A stretch of DNA of 64,000 nt, taken from positions 2,395 through 66,394 of the forward strand of contig JAIPBX010000002.1 of NCBI GenBank assembly GCA_021738485.1. The letters are read 5' to 3'. A program made the translations under genes and the position numbers. This DNA comes from Bacteroidales bacterium. Lineage in GTDB: Bacteria > Bacteroidota > Bacteroidia > Bacteroidales > JAIPAH01. Below the pieces are notes generated by a model, which saw nothing but the letters and a program-made list of their open reading frames with translations, made no database searches and was not told the origin of the DNA. Below, one piece after another: positions 35,792-45,083 of this stretch (positions are counted from its first letter, which is position 1; each line of letters begins with the position of its first letter).

Positions 35792-38521
35792 ATGAAGTAT
35801 CGGTGGTTAATTGGTTATCTGCTTACTGCTCTTTTGCTTCTATGTGCCGGTATTATGGCGCGGGGTGCTGCCCTGCCTGATACCGGGACGGACAGTGCAA
35901 TAATGCAGGGGCTCCTGATTCCGGAGGATAACAGAAGTACGCTGTATAATCAACTATCGGTAACACATACAGGTGTTGAGCCTGACAGTGTCGGAAAACA
36001 AGGGGGTAAGGCCTCTCATAAAGCTTTCCGATGGATAGAATCGGGGAATTATTTTTTGCACAGGGGAATGGCGGATTCGGCAGTAACCTTGTATTTGAAA
36101 GCTAAAAATGTGTTTGAGAAGCAGAGTCACGGTCAGGGATTGATGCATAGCTTTAACAACCTGGGAGTTACCTATCATAAATATCAAGCCAGTGACATCG
36201 CTTTAAATCAATTAAAGCAAGCACTTGTCTTGAGTCGAAAGGCTGCCGTGCCTGCTCATGAAAAAGCCACGGTTTTCGCTAACCTGGCCACGGTTCACCA
36301 TTCGAAGAATCAGTCCCGGATAGCTTTTCAATATGTGGATTCGGCCACGCAGGTGATGAGCGGAAACCATACACCTGAAAGGAGGGCTACGGTGTATGCA
36401 AATCTGGCTATGTTTTTTACGTCCGTGGAACGTTTTGACAAGGCCCTGATCTATTTGCAAAAAGCCGGAGATTTGTTGGACCAAAAGGAAAACGGGCGGA
36501 TGAAAGCTTTTGTCTGGAATGATTTGGCCGCTGTGTACCGAAACATCTACAACTATGACAAAGCTTTAAATTACTACCAGAGAGCTTTTGACATTCAAAA
36601 ATCCATAGGAGATACAATTCGAATGGCTTTCCTAAACAACAGTATCGGACAAATCCAGCTTGAACGAAAAGCTTACGAAGAAGCCGGCAAACACTTTTCC
36701 AGGGCTGTGCTCTTAAATAGTAAACTTAGCGATGAGAAGGGAGTGCTGGAAAATATTCAATCCCTCTCCTCCACTCTTTTGAAACAAGGTAAACCTCTAA
36801 AGGCCAGAGATACTTTACACGCGTATCTTCCCCGTGCAGAAGCTTTGGGCGATTACGCCCTGCTCAGCGATTTTCACAGGCTGTTGGGTTTATCTTATAG
36901 CCTGAATAATCAGTATGCGCGGGCGCTGGAACATCAATCGCTTACAAAGACTTATACTGATTCGCTACATGATAAACAGCAGGATTTCCGTACTGAGTTT
37001 TTCACAACCCGGGGAAAGCTCAAACAACGCTGGCACTCCCTGCGCGTTAATAATTTACAGGAGCATCTTGAAAGGCAGGAAGCAGACCGCAGGGTTTCTT
37101 ATCCGGCAATAGGCGGAATAGCTCTTCTGGGAGGAATATTGGTATTTTGGTTGGTTGTTCGGAACAAAAGAATGAAAAAAGGTTTTCAGCAGCAACTCCA
37201 GGAAAAAAATCGGAAAATTAAGGAAACGCAAAAGCAACTGGAGGAATCGTCCACGGATATTGAAGCCAAGGTAAATGAAAGAACGAAAGAGCTTCAGAGA
37301 GAGATGGAGAAGTATAAGAAGAAGGACGTGGACCTGAAAAAGGCACTGAAGGATGCCGAGGAGGCCAATTATCTTAAAAATGCTTTTCTGTCGAATATGA
37401 GTCATGAAATACGGACTCCCCTTAATGGTATTATTGGTTTTTCAAGCCTCCTTGAGACGGAACTGTCGCTCATGGAAAATAAAGAGCTTTATGAATATGC
37501 CCAGGGCATACAAACTTCCGGCGAGCGGTTGCTACATCTGCTTAATAATATCATTGATATCAGCCGTATTGAGGCCAATGATTTGCAGGTTTCACTCCAG
37601 GAGACCAACATTCAGCAAATTATCGAAAAAAGCGCGGATTTGTTTAAGTTTAAGGCCAATGAAAAAGGGCTGAAATTCAATATGAAGCTGGAAGAAACGC
37701 CCATGGTATATGCCGATCCGACAAGTTTATCCAAAGTGGTATCAGATATTATTGATAATGCCGTAAAATATACTGAAAAAGGATTTGTGAATATAACCAG
37801 CGGATATGTTTCTGACAAGATGGAAGTATTTGTCAAAATCCGCGATACAGGGGTGGGGATAGATGAAAATTATCTGCCCCGAGTATTTGAGGCTTTTCGC
37901 CAGGAAAGCCTTGGCTATTCAAGGGCCTACCAGGGAGCAGGTTTGGGCTTGCCTCTTGCCAAAAGGCTCCTGGAACTTATGAATGGGCGGATTGAGCTTA
38001 ATTCTAAAAAAGACCAGGGAACGAATGTGATTATCTATATTCCGACAAAGGAAAAAGCCAGGGATAAGGGCTCTCAGCAACAGCATCCTTCTTCCGGGAA
38101 GAAGCCGGCCCCTGAGCTCATAAAACCGATGAATGAAATCACTATTCTGTTGGTGGAGGATGACCGTATGAACCGGCTGGTGATCAATAAAATGCTGGAG
38201 AATGACTGGAACGTGGTGGCTACAGAAGACGGTGATCAGACACTGGAAGAGGTCGGTAAAGCTCATAAAAAGGGACAGATTTTTGATTTGATGCTCTTTG
38301 ATATCAACTTGCCCAGCCCCTGGGATGGTATACAACTCATGCATCACCTGCGTAAAAAGTACCCCGAATACAAAGAGGTGCCTTTCATTGCCCAGACGGC
38401 ATACGCGATGCGTACGGACAGAAGGCGGCTTTTGGAAGAGGGTTTTGATGAATATATATCCAAGCCAATCAACCAACAGCGTCTTCTGACGATGATTTAT
38501 AATTTTTTAAGCCGGAAATAA
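35792..38521 (+). CDS. Hybrid sensor histidine kinase: signal peptide, TPR-repeat sensor region, one TM, coiled coil, HisKA, HATPase_c, receiver
   Basis: H-box NMSHEIRTPLNGIIGF, N-box VVSDIIDNAVKYT, DTGVGI, GAGLGLPLA. The receiver has LLVEDDRMN, LMLFDINLP and YISKP. Confidence 0.9.
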   Translation: MKYRWLIGYLLTALLLLCAGIMARGAALPDTGTDSAIMQGLLIPEDNRSTLYNQLSVTHTGVEPDSVGKQGGKASHKAFRWIESGNYFLHRGMADSAVTLYLKAKNVFEKQSHGQGLMHSFNNLGVTYHKYQASDIALNQLKQALVLSRKAAVPAHEKATVFANLATVHHSKNQSRIAFQYVDSATQVMSGNHTPERRATVYANLAMFFTSVERFDKALIYLQKAGDLLDQKENGRMKAFVWNDLAAVYRNIYNYDKALNYYQRAFDIQKSIGDTIRMAFLNNSIGQIQLERKAYEEAGKHFSRAVLLNSKLSDEKGVLENIQSLSSTLLKQGKPLKARDTLHAYLPRAEALGDYALLSDFHRLLGLSYSLNNQYARALEHQSLTKTYTDSLHDKQQDFRTEFFTTRGKLKQRWHSLRVNNLQEHLERQEADRRVSYPAIGGIALLGGILVFWLVVRNKRMKKGFQQQLQEKNRKIKETQKQLEESSTDIEAKVNERTKELQREMEKYKKKDVDLKKALKDAEEANYLKNAFLSNMSHEIRTPLNGIIGFSSLLETELSLMENKELYEYAQGIQTSGERLLHLLNNIIDISRIEANDLQVSLQETNIQQIIEKSADLFKFKANEKGLKFNMKLEETPMVYADPTSLSKVVSDIIDNAVKYTEKGFVNITSGYVSDKMEVFVKIRDTGVGIDENYLPRVFEAFRQESLGYSRAYQGAGLGLPLAKRLLELMNGRIELNSKKDQGTNVIIYIPTKEKARDKGSQQQHPSSGKKPAPELIKPMNEITILLVEDDRMNRLVINKMLENDWNVVATEDGDQTLEEVGKAHKKGQIFDLMLFDINLPSPWDGIQLMHHLRKKYPEYKEVPFIAQTAYAMRTDRRRLLEEGFDEYISKPINQQRLLTMIYNFLSRK

Positions 38522-38530
38522 GAGCACCTT

Positions 38531-39745
38531 ATGGGAGAACAAAAGTCGGATAGCCCGGAAAAAAGTCTTAAACAGAAAGAACAGGAAATTGCTGAGCTGG
38601 AAAAACATTTTCTCAGCGAGAAAAACAAGCTTTACCATAGCAATAAAATGGTGTTGCACAACCTTAGTTATGACTTGCGTATACCTATTAATGGTATCAT
38701 TAGCATGCTGGAGATGTTTGATACCAGCACCCTTACGCGTCAACAAAAAGATCAGCTTCGGGCTATCAAGTCTTCTGTAAAGAATTTGTCGCAAACTGTG
38801 GAAGATATGATGACGTTTTCGGCGTTGCTGAGCGATAGAGTGGAAATGAAAGAGGAGGCGTTTGACTTGCCGGCTTTTGTGGAGGAGTTAAAAAATCAGT
38901 TTGAACTTACTGCCAGCGGCAAAAATATTGGATGGAAAATCAGTCGCGAAGATGAGATGCCGCAGCAAGTGATCGGGGATAAGTATCATCTCAGGCAAAT
39001 CCTGGTGAATCTTTTGAGCAATGCCTTCAAAAATACCATCGAAGGAGAGGTGGTGCTTCATTGGCAAAAGCTGAACCAATCCGGGAAAAATATGCAGATA
39101 CGATGGAGTGTTTCGGATACGGGCACAGGCATGAGTCCGGAAAAACAGGAAAATATTCGCCAACATCTGCATCAAACCAAAGATCCGAGTTTTATTATTT
39201 CAGAAGAAGTGGGCCTTGGGCTGGCCCTGGTATACTATCTGTCGCAAAAACTGAATGGTTCGTTCAATTTTGAAAGCGATCCGGCTTCGGGAAGTCGCTT
39301 TTATGTCGATCTCCCTTTGAAAAAGCCAGAAGAAACAACCACTATCGAAAAGCATCCATACCATACGGCAAGCCCTAAACGCATTTTATTGGTGGAGGAT
39401 AACTACCTGAATCAGAAATTTGCTTCCGCAGCACTTCAAAAGGCGGGTCATAAACTGGATATTGCGGAGAATGGGAAAGTTGCCTATCAGAAATACCAAC
39501 AAAACGATTATCACCTGATTCTTATGGATATTGAGTTACCCCTGACCGACGGGATACAGGTCACCAAATCTATTCGCAGAGAAGAAAAGAAATACCATTA
39601 CCACTATACACCCATTATAGCGGTAACAGCCTATGCTATCGAGCATGACCGCACCAAATGCCTTAATGCGGGCATGGATGAGTATCTCACCAAACCGTTC
39701 AGACCGGAAGAGTTATTAGACCTTATAGAACGTATGGTTTCCTGA
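38531..39745 (+). CDS. Soluble hybrid histidine-kinase-like protein with degenerate H-box (Tyr at the phospho-His position) plus a canonical receiver
   Basis: The H-box region is VLHNLSYDLRIPINGIISM, with a TAT codon at 38669-38671 where His is expected. N-box ILVNLLSNAFKNT, DTGTGM and GLGLAL are intact. The receiver has LLVEDNYLN, LILMDIELP and YLTKPF. Confidence 0.8.
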   Translation: MGEQKSDSPEKSLKQKEQEIAELEKHFLSEKNKLYHSNKMVLHNLSYDLRIPINGIISMLEMFDTSTLTRQQKDQLRAIKSSVKNLSQTVEDMMTFSALLSDRVEMKEEAFDLPAFVEELKNQFELTASGKNIGWKISREDEMPQQVIGDKYHLRQILVNLLSNAFKNTIEGEVVLHWQKLNQSGKNMQIRWSVSDTGTGMSPEKQENIRQHLHQTKDPSFIISEEVGLGLALVYYLSQKLNGSFNFESDPASGSRFYVDLPLKKPEETTTIEKHPYHTASPKRILLVEDNYLNQKFASAALQKAGHKLDIAENGKVAYQKYQQNDYHLILMDIELPLTDGIQVTKSIRREEKKYHYHYTPIIAVTAYAIEHDRTKCLNAGMDEYLTKPFRPEELLDLIERMVS

Positions 39746-39785
39746 AACGCGCTTTGCACTGATATTATATTGTGTTCCGCTGGTT

Positions 39786-40331
39786 TTAAGGCCTATCCAG
39801 TTTCAACACATGAATATCATATACCAAAGTGGCTTTGGATGGAATTTCTTTTTTATCGCCGGCCATACCATGGGCCAGATAAGAAGGAATTATCACCTTG
39901 GCTTTATCGCCTTCCTGCAAATGGGGCATAATTTTGTGCAATCCCGAAACCACATCTCCTCCTTTCCCGATAATGAATCTCTTGGGTTTTCCCTTTTCCT
40001 GAGAGGAATAACATACATAGCCATTAAGCAATTGGATCGTGTAGTCAAGTGTTGCCCGCATACCTTTCCGGGCTTTTGTCCCCTGCCCTTCCTGGTATAC
40101 ACTGTAATAGATCCCCGAACCGGTTTTTTTCATATCCCACTTATGGCGTTGGATATAACGGCGGATCATGTACTTCTCCTCTGATATGGCCCGCTTATTG
40201 GCATCGATAAGAGCCTCTTCCAGCTTTTTATCGTTTTGCTGTTTTTTTTGATCGGGGTTTTGCGGACGATTGTTGCATGCGGCAAGCAATAGCATTGCAA
40301 AAAAAATACTTATAGCCCCTCGTAATAACAT
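39786..40331 (-). CDS. FKBP-type peptidyl-prolyl cis-trans isomerase, lipoprotein
   Basis: Lipoprotein signal (LLLAAC). FKBP_C pattern (TLDYTIQLLNGYV...FIIGKGGDVVSGL...GDKAKVIIPSYLAHG...TLVYDIHVLKL). Confidence 0.85.
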   Translation of the reverse strand: MLLRGAISIFFAMLLLAACNNRPQNPDQKKQQNDKKLEEALIDANKRAISEEKYMIRRYIQRHKWDMKKTGSGIYYSVYQEGQGTKARKGMRATLDYTIQLLNGYVCYSSQEKGKPKRFIIGKGGDVVSGLHKIMPHLQEGDKAKVIIPSYLAHGMAGDKKEIPSKATLVYDIHVLKLDRP

Positions 40332-40338
40332 AATTCCC

Positions 40339-41367
40339 TTATTCTTCTTTGATTGAAGTTAACTGTTCTTTGTATTGAGGTAATAACGATTCAAATTTCT
40401 TTATCGTATCCGAAAGACTCAGGTAGGAATTGGCCCCGGCTGCCTTTTCGTGTCCCCCTCCGTCAAAATGGTTGCGGGCAAACTGATTGACGGAAAAGCT
40501 TTCCTTGGAACGCATGGAGAGCCGTACGACACCCTGGTTCTCTTTCATGAGCACCGAGAAGTTTATCCCTTTAATAGAAAGTCCGTAATTGACGAGCCCT
40601 TCAGTATCGCCATCCTGGTAGTTAAAGTATTCCATATCCTTTCGGGTGAGATAAATGTAGGCTGTGGCGTATTCGTGGAATACTTTCATGCGATTGCTAA
40701 GGCTGTAGCCCAGTAAGCGTAGCCGGGATTCCGAATAGGTATCATAAATATTCCGGCTAATCTTTTCAGCATCAATGCCCAGGTGTATCAACCGCGCTAC
40801 GGTTTCGAAGAGTTCCGGTCGATTGACAGAATAGCTGAAAGCACCCGTATCGGTAACAATGCCGGCATACAAAGCAGTGGCTGCTGATTTATTAAATGTG
40901 TTTATGGACTCCAGAGAGCGACACAGCGTGTAGATAATTTCGGCCGTACTGGAAAACTCAGGCCAGGAATATATCAGATCAAATGCTTCTTTGTCGGGCT
41001 CGGGATGGTGATCAACCATCACTTTACGGGCTTTTGCCTTTTTTAGTTTCTTCTCCATCTGTTCGGTGCGGCTGAAATCATTGAAATCGAGCGCAAAGAT
41101 GAGATCGGCCCCGGCGATATATTTATCGGCGGTGGAGGCATGCTTTTCATATATCATAACATCATCGCTGCCTGGCAACCATTTTAAAAAGGAAGGGTAA
41201 TCGTCGGGAACGATTAAGTGAATATTGGCTCCCGTAACCCGAAGGAAATGATAAAGTCCCAGCATTGATCCGATAGCATCGCCATCGGGATGCCGGTGGG
41301 AGGTGATAACTACCTTCCCGGATTGCTGTATCCACTTTTTTAGTTTTTCAAGATTGTTAATATTCAA
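40339..41367 (-). CDS. DHH/DHHA1 phosphoesterase (NrnA-like oligoribonuclease / pAp phosphatase)
   Basis: HRHPDGDAIGS, VDHHP (DHH motif), GGGHEKAAGA (DHHA1). Confidence 0.85.
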   Translation of the reverse strand: MNINNLEKLKKWIQQSGKVVITSHRHPDGDAIGSMLGLYHFLRVTGANIHLIVPDDYPSFLKWLPGSDDVMIYEKHASTADKYIAGADLIFALDFNDFSRTEQMEKKLKKAKARKVMVDHHPEPDKEAFDLIYSWPEFSSTAEIIYTLCRSLESINTFNKSAATALYAGIVTDTGAFSYSVNRPELFETVARLIHLGIDAEKISRNIYDTYSESRLRLLGYSLSNRMKVFHEYATAYIYLTRKDMEYFNYQDGDTEGLVNYGLSIKGINFSVLMKENQGVVRLSMRSKESFSVNQFARNHFDGGGHEKAAGANSYLSLSDTIKKFESLLPQYKEQLTSIKEE

Positions 41368-41519
41368 TAATTTGTGCTTTTTGCTGTTGAGAAGGCTAAA
41401 TTACTAAAAATTGTATTCGCTAAGAAATAGAAGGATTTTAAACAAAAAGCAGTATTAATAGTTTAATTGGATTAGTTAAAAACGTATATTTAATAATTAA
41501 AATCCAAAACATAGAATTT

Positions 41520-41936
41520 ATGCCAAACAAAACGCTGATGCTCATTAAACCACGTGCCGTCAAAAGCAATTGCACCGGTATGATACTCAACACAGTGAAC
41601 GAAAATAATTTTCGCATTGCTGCCATGAAAATGCTTCAGATGACTGAAAAACAAGCCCGGGAATTCTACATCGTCCATAAAGACCGCTCTTTTTATGATA
41701 ACCTGGTGGATTTTATGACCTCCGGTGCGATTGTGGCCGTTTTGCTAGAAAAAGAAAATGCCGTGGAAGATTTCCGAAAACTGATTGGTCCGACAAATCC
41801 CGAAGAAGCCACGGAAGGAACAATCCGGTATGCATGCGGGCACGATATCCAGCAAAACGCTGTGCATGGGTCTGATAGTCCTGAAAATGCAGAGCGTGAA
41901 TGCAACTTCTTCTTTCCCTATGCGGAAAGGTTTTAA
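41520..41936 (+). CDS. ndk: Nucleoside diphosphate kinase
   Basis: 138 aa. TLMLIKPRAV, active-site NAVHGSDS, typical length. Confidence 0.9.
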   Translation: MPNKTLMLIKPRAVKSNCTGMILNTVNENNFRIAAMKMLQMTEKQAREFYIVHKDRSFYDNLVDFMTSGAIVAVLLEKENAVEDFRKLIGPTNPEEATEGTIRYACGHDIQQNAVHGSDSPENAERECNFFFPYAERF

Positions 41937-41965
41937 GGTTTTCTTTATTGGATAGTTTACATTTG

Positions 41966-42478
41966 TTAACTCTTCTGGTATTCCCGGAAAGTCCCATCAT
42001 TGTATAAAGCAACAATTGTTTGGATAGCCTTTGAAGGGGTACGGCGATAACCGTATTCAGGCGGATCTTCATCCGTAGCACCGATTTCTGACGAATTATC
42101 GCCGGCCGGAGAAGATACTTCCCTGGCCGGGGTGTTCGCTATCTCTTCTTTTTCCCGGTGCAACTTCTGGATGGTTTGTTGAAGCTGTTCATTTTGTTGC
42201 TTCAGCTCTTGATTTTCTTTTTTTACGGATTCCATAGCTTCTGATTGTTCCTGGTTGAAGAGATCATTGTCTCTTATCATGCTACCTCTCCCTAGTAGTA
42301 ACCAATCGGGATTAATATCCTTAAATCGTTTCAGTATGCGAAGCACGAAGTCCAGGCTGGCTTTATTTCGCCCATTCATAACATGTGACATGATACTGCG
42401 CTGTATCCCGGTTTCATCGGCTAATTGAGAGGCGCTTAGGTTCTTGGTCTGTAAAAGGTGCTCTAGTCGATCTACCAT
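41966..42478 (-). CDS. XRE-family helix-turn-helix protein with coiled-coil C-terminal half
   Basis: The N-terminal HTH_3-like region is LSASQLADETGIQRSIMSHVMNGRNKASLDFVLRILKRF...WLLLG. A coiled coil follows (KENQELKQQNEQLQQTIQKL). Confidence 0.75.
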   Translation of the reverse strand: MVDRLEHLLQTKNLSASQLADETGIQRSIMSHVMNGRNKASLDFVLRILKRFKDINPDWLLLGRGSMIRDNDLFNQEQSEAMESVKKENQELKQQNEQLQQTIQKLHREKEEIANTPAREVSSPAGDNSSEIGATDEDPPEYGYRRTPSKAIQTIVALYNDGTFREYQKS

Positions 42479-43172
42479 CTTTTTGGAATTTTTGTGTATT
42501 ACAAATGTAATAAGAATTCGGGGAAATGGAATGGAGTTTTGTAATTTACTTTTCTATACAAATTCACTTTCCTGAATTTTTTTATCCTTTTGTTAAATAA
42601 CTCGCATAAACTATTGGTTTTGATTGAAATAAGTTGGGTGTATTCACTATTGTAAACAACTAGGAATCATTGCGTATGGTTCAAGCGTTACTCTAAACAA
42701 ATGTTATAAAACATTCATTATCAAACTATAAAATACATTTTCTGGAAGATTATTGCAAAATTCACTTTTGTTGAGTGACTAAAGGGAAATTTTATAGACA
42801 ATACAATTGTAAACCTATAACCTTTTTAACTGATATAATACAAATGTAAATTATGTATTGCTTTGCTTCCCTCCTACCCTATACGTTATGGACACTCTAT
42901 TCTAAAAAATGATTGGTTAGCATCAATTAACTTAAATTGTCACAAAATATTTACTTACCTCAATAAGAAATCGGTTATAATAAGCTGTATCTGTGTATCA
43001 TTTTTCGAGAAATAGTCACCCCGTAGCACCGACACAGGCACTGGATTGACCGATGTTACTTTACACAAATAACACACCTAATAATTATAATCAATCAACC
43101 ATATATTAGAAAGGAGCCATTATTAAATGTCTGTTCCAGGAATTACTTGTTTACAAACAAACGCCAGTCATT

Positions 43173-43208
43173 AAAAAAGCCGGTGAAGCAACAATTCACC
43201 GGCTTTTT
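43173..43208. terminator. Bidirectional intrinsic terminator
   Basis: AAAAAA-GCCGGTGAA-gcaacaa-TTCACCGGC-TTTTT. It lies 35 nt downstream of the S8 peptidase stop (minus strand). Confidence 0.75.
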
Positions 43209-43242
43209 GGCCTCATCGAAAAGGCATTACTACCTTATGCGA

Positions 43243-44889
43243 CTACTTTTTGACAATTTTCTTTGAGGCGGTTTGGTTTTCAGTATGTATCCGTAAAACA
43301 TAAACTCCTTTGGGAAGTTTAGCTGTCAAATCAATTCGGAAAGCTTTCCGCGAAGGATAAAGAGTAGATCGCTTTACTACTTTTCCGCTTATAGCATGGA
43401 CTGAGTAGGTCACTTTCTCGTGATTTTTCTGCATCCTCACAAAAATATAATCTTCAAACGGATTCGGCCCTACCGAGAGAGAGATTTCCTCCCTGCGCTC
43501 AAGGAATGTACCGGTGGCATTTAAAACCGCGTTATAATCAGGAATTCCATACCCTAAAAGGGTATCCGGGTTCGAATATTGATGCGAATTCTCCTGGATC
43601 AGTTCAATGAGCTCCATGTTGGTCGTTTCAGGCATAGCCTGCCACACTGAGGCCACCATACCCGCCGTGATCGGGGAAGAAAAAGACGTACCGCTGGCAT
43701 AGGTGATCCCTCCCCATGAGGAAGCCACTGTAGCTCCTGAGCCTTTAGCGGCTACGTTCGGTTTCAACCTTCCATCGTAAGTAGGGCCTTTAGAACTGAA
43801 GGATACATAGTTGCTATCACCGTCCACTGCTCCGACAGCCATCACACTGTCTCCATCGGCCGGAGCGCCGATATAAAACCAGTCATCGGTCCCTGAATTC
43901 CCTGCGCTATTGACCACGAGGATACCTTTTTCCGCGGCGATATCGGCTCCTATGGTTACGGGAGCTGTATCGCCATTCATATCTTCGTAGGTGTGATTGT
44001 TGTCCGGATCATTAAAGCCATCGGTATAACCCAGCGAAGAGTTGATAATGTCGGCCCCTATGCTGTCGGCATATTCAGAGCCGTCGACCCAATAATACTC
44101 TTCCATGAGATACTCATCGGAAGCATCCTCCGTTCGCACCAGGTGATAATCGGCCTTAGGAGCCGTGCCTACCAATTCACCTGGAAGGTAGCCCCCCATG
44201 GTTGATAATACCATCATCCCGTGTGAACTAATCGTGGAGCTGAAGACGTCTTCATCATTCACATAATTTCTTGTGTCAATAATCTGATCGTTGGCCCACA
44301 GGCTGTCGAAGGCAGCTATCTCGTCAACTTCCATAAAACCGGCATCCAATACCGCAACGGTCATGCCTTCACCGTCATACCCCTGGTTGTGCACCATGTG
44401 TCCATTGAGCATAGCTATTTGGTTATAACCCTCTCCGTATTCATAAACGTTCTCATCGCGAAGGCCTTTCGTATGGACAGGCCCATCGGAGACTTTTTCA
44501 GCGGCGAAAAAGGGCTTTACATCCCCCTGCGGCTTTGGCCGGGGTACTGATTGGACACTTTTTACGAAGCTTAACCTTTCGAGAGCCTGTCGTCCCTGGC
44601 CTTCAACAATCAGTGTATTCAACCATTTTATACGGTTTGTTACCGTATATCCCATTTTTTGAATCCGGGATACATATTCGGGAGAGACCGGAAGATCCTT
44701 ATTATCAATGGCTATTCCATAGCGAGCGCGACGCTCCAGCGCCTTTTCGCTGAGGAAGGCTTCGGGTTGGCTTTTTGTATATGTATCGGTCTTTTTATCA
44801 GTGAGTTTCACGATATAACGAGACTGATCCTGGGCATTTAGTGCTGTGGCCAATACAATTCCTAATACAATAGTAATTACTTGTTTCAT
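43243..44889 (-). CDS. Subtilisin-like S8 serine peptidase with I9-like propeptide and T9SS C-terminal sorting domain
   Basis: Catalytic triad contexts VAVLDAGF (Asp), SSHGMMVLS (His) and SGTSFSSP (Ser). The C-terminus SLSVGPNPFEDYIFVRM...VYVLRI is T9SS-like. Confidence 0.9.
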   Translation of the reverse strand: MKQVITIVLGIVLATALNAQDQSRYIVKLTDKKTDTYTKSQPEAFLSEKALERRARYGIAIDNKDLPVSPEYVSRIQKMGYTVTNRIKWLNTLIVEGQGRQALERLSFVKSVQSVPRPKPQGDVKPFFAAEKVSDGPVHTKGLRDENVYEYGEGYNQIAMLNGHMVHNQGYDGEGMTVAVLDAGFMEVDEIAAFDSLWANDQIIDTRNYVNDEDVFSSTISSHGMMVLSTMGGYLPGELVGTAPKADYHLVRTEDASDEYLMEEYYWVDGSEYADSIGADIINSSLGYTDGFNDPDNNHTYEDMNGDTAPVTIGADIAAEKGILVVNSAGNSGTDDWFYIGAPADGDSVMAVGAVDGDSNYVSFSSKGPTYDGRLKPNVAAKGSGATVASSWGGITYASGTSFSSPITAGMVASVWQAMPETTNMELIELIQENSHQYSNPDTLLGYGIPDYNAVLNATGTFLERREEISLSVGPNPFEDYIFVRMQKNHEKVTYSVHAISGKVVKRSTLYPSRKAFRIDLTAKLPKGVYVLRIHTENQTASKKIVKK

Positions 44890-45060
44890 GATGGGTTTAT
44901 TTATCGTCTATTAATATTTACTCTTCAAAAAATCTTCAAACTTTATTTTATTATCTGCATAACAAAACATTATATATTCGCTGTCCGGCTTAGAATTTCA
45001 ACAGGTAAAAATAATGAAAAGTTTACTATTGGCGAAATTTTTAAAGGTTGGGATATTATG

Positions 45061-45068
45061 TAAATTTG
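45061..45068 (+). promoter_or_regulatory. Candidate -7 promoter box (TAAATTTG) for trmD
   Basis: Matches TAnnTTTG, 15 nt upstream of the ATG at 45084. Confidence 0.4.
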
Positions 45069-45083
45069 CAAAAAACCAGTACT

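Noticed and set aside
16265-39745. Possibility that the EPS locus is a mobile genomic island or phage-derived element.
   Set aside because: I found no integrase, transposase, tRNA attachment site or flanking direct repeat at its borders. uvrB and an FKBP/NrnA/ndk block flank it directly.
43127-43174. 15-codon mini-ORF (MSVPGITCLQTNASH) preceded by an AAAGGAG Shine-Dalgarno-like sequence and followed by the bidirectional terminator. I considered a leader peptide or RiPP precursor next to the S8 peptidase.
   Set aside because: Bacteroidota generally do not rely on SD sequences. The peptide is very short with no recognisable leader or core pattern, and no modifying enzymes are nearby. I cannot support it without conservation or ribosome-profiling data.
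43568-43577. GGGTTCGAAT, resembling a tRNA T-arm.
   Set aside because: It lies inside the S8 peptidase coding sequence, with no flanking acceptor stem or anticodon arm structure.
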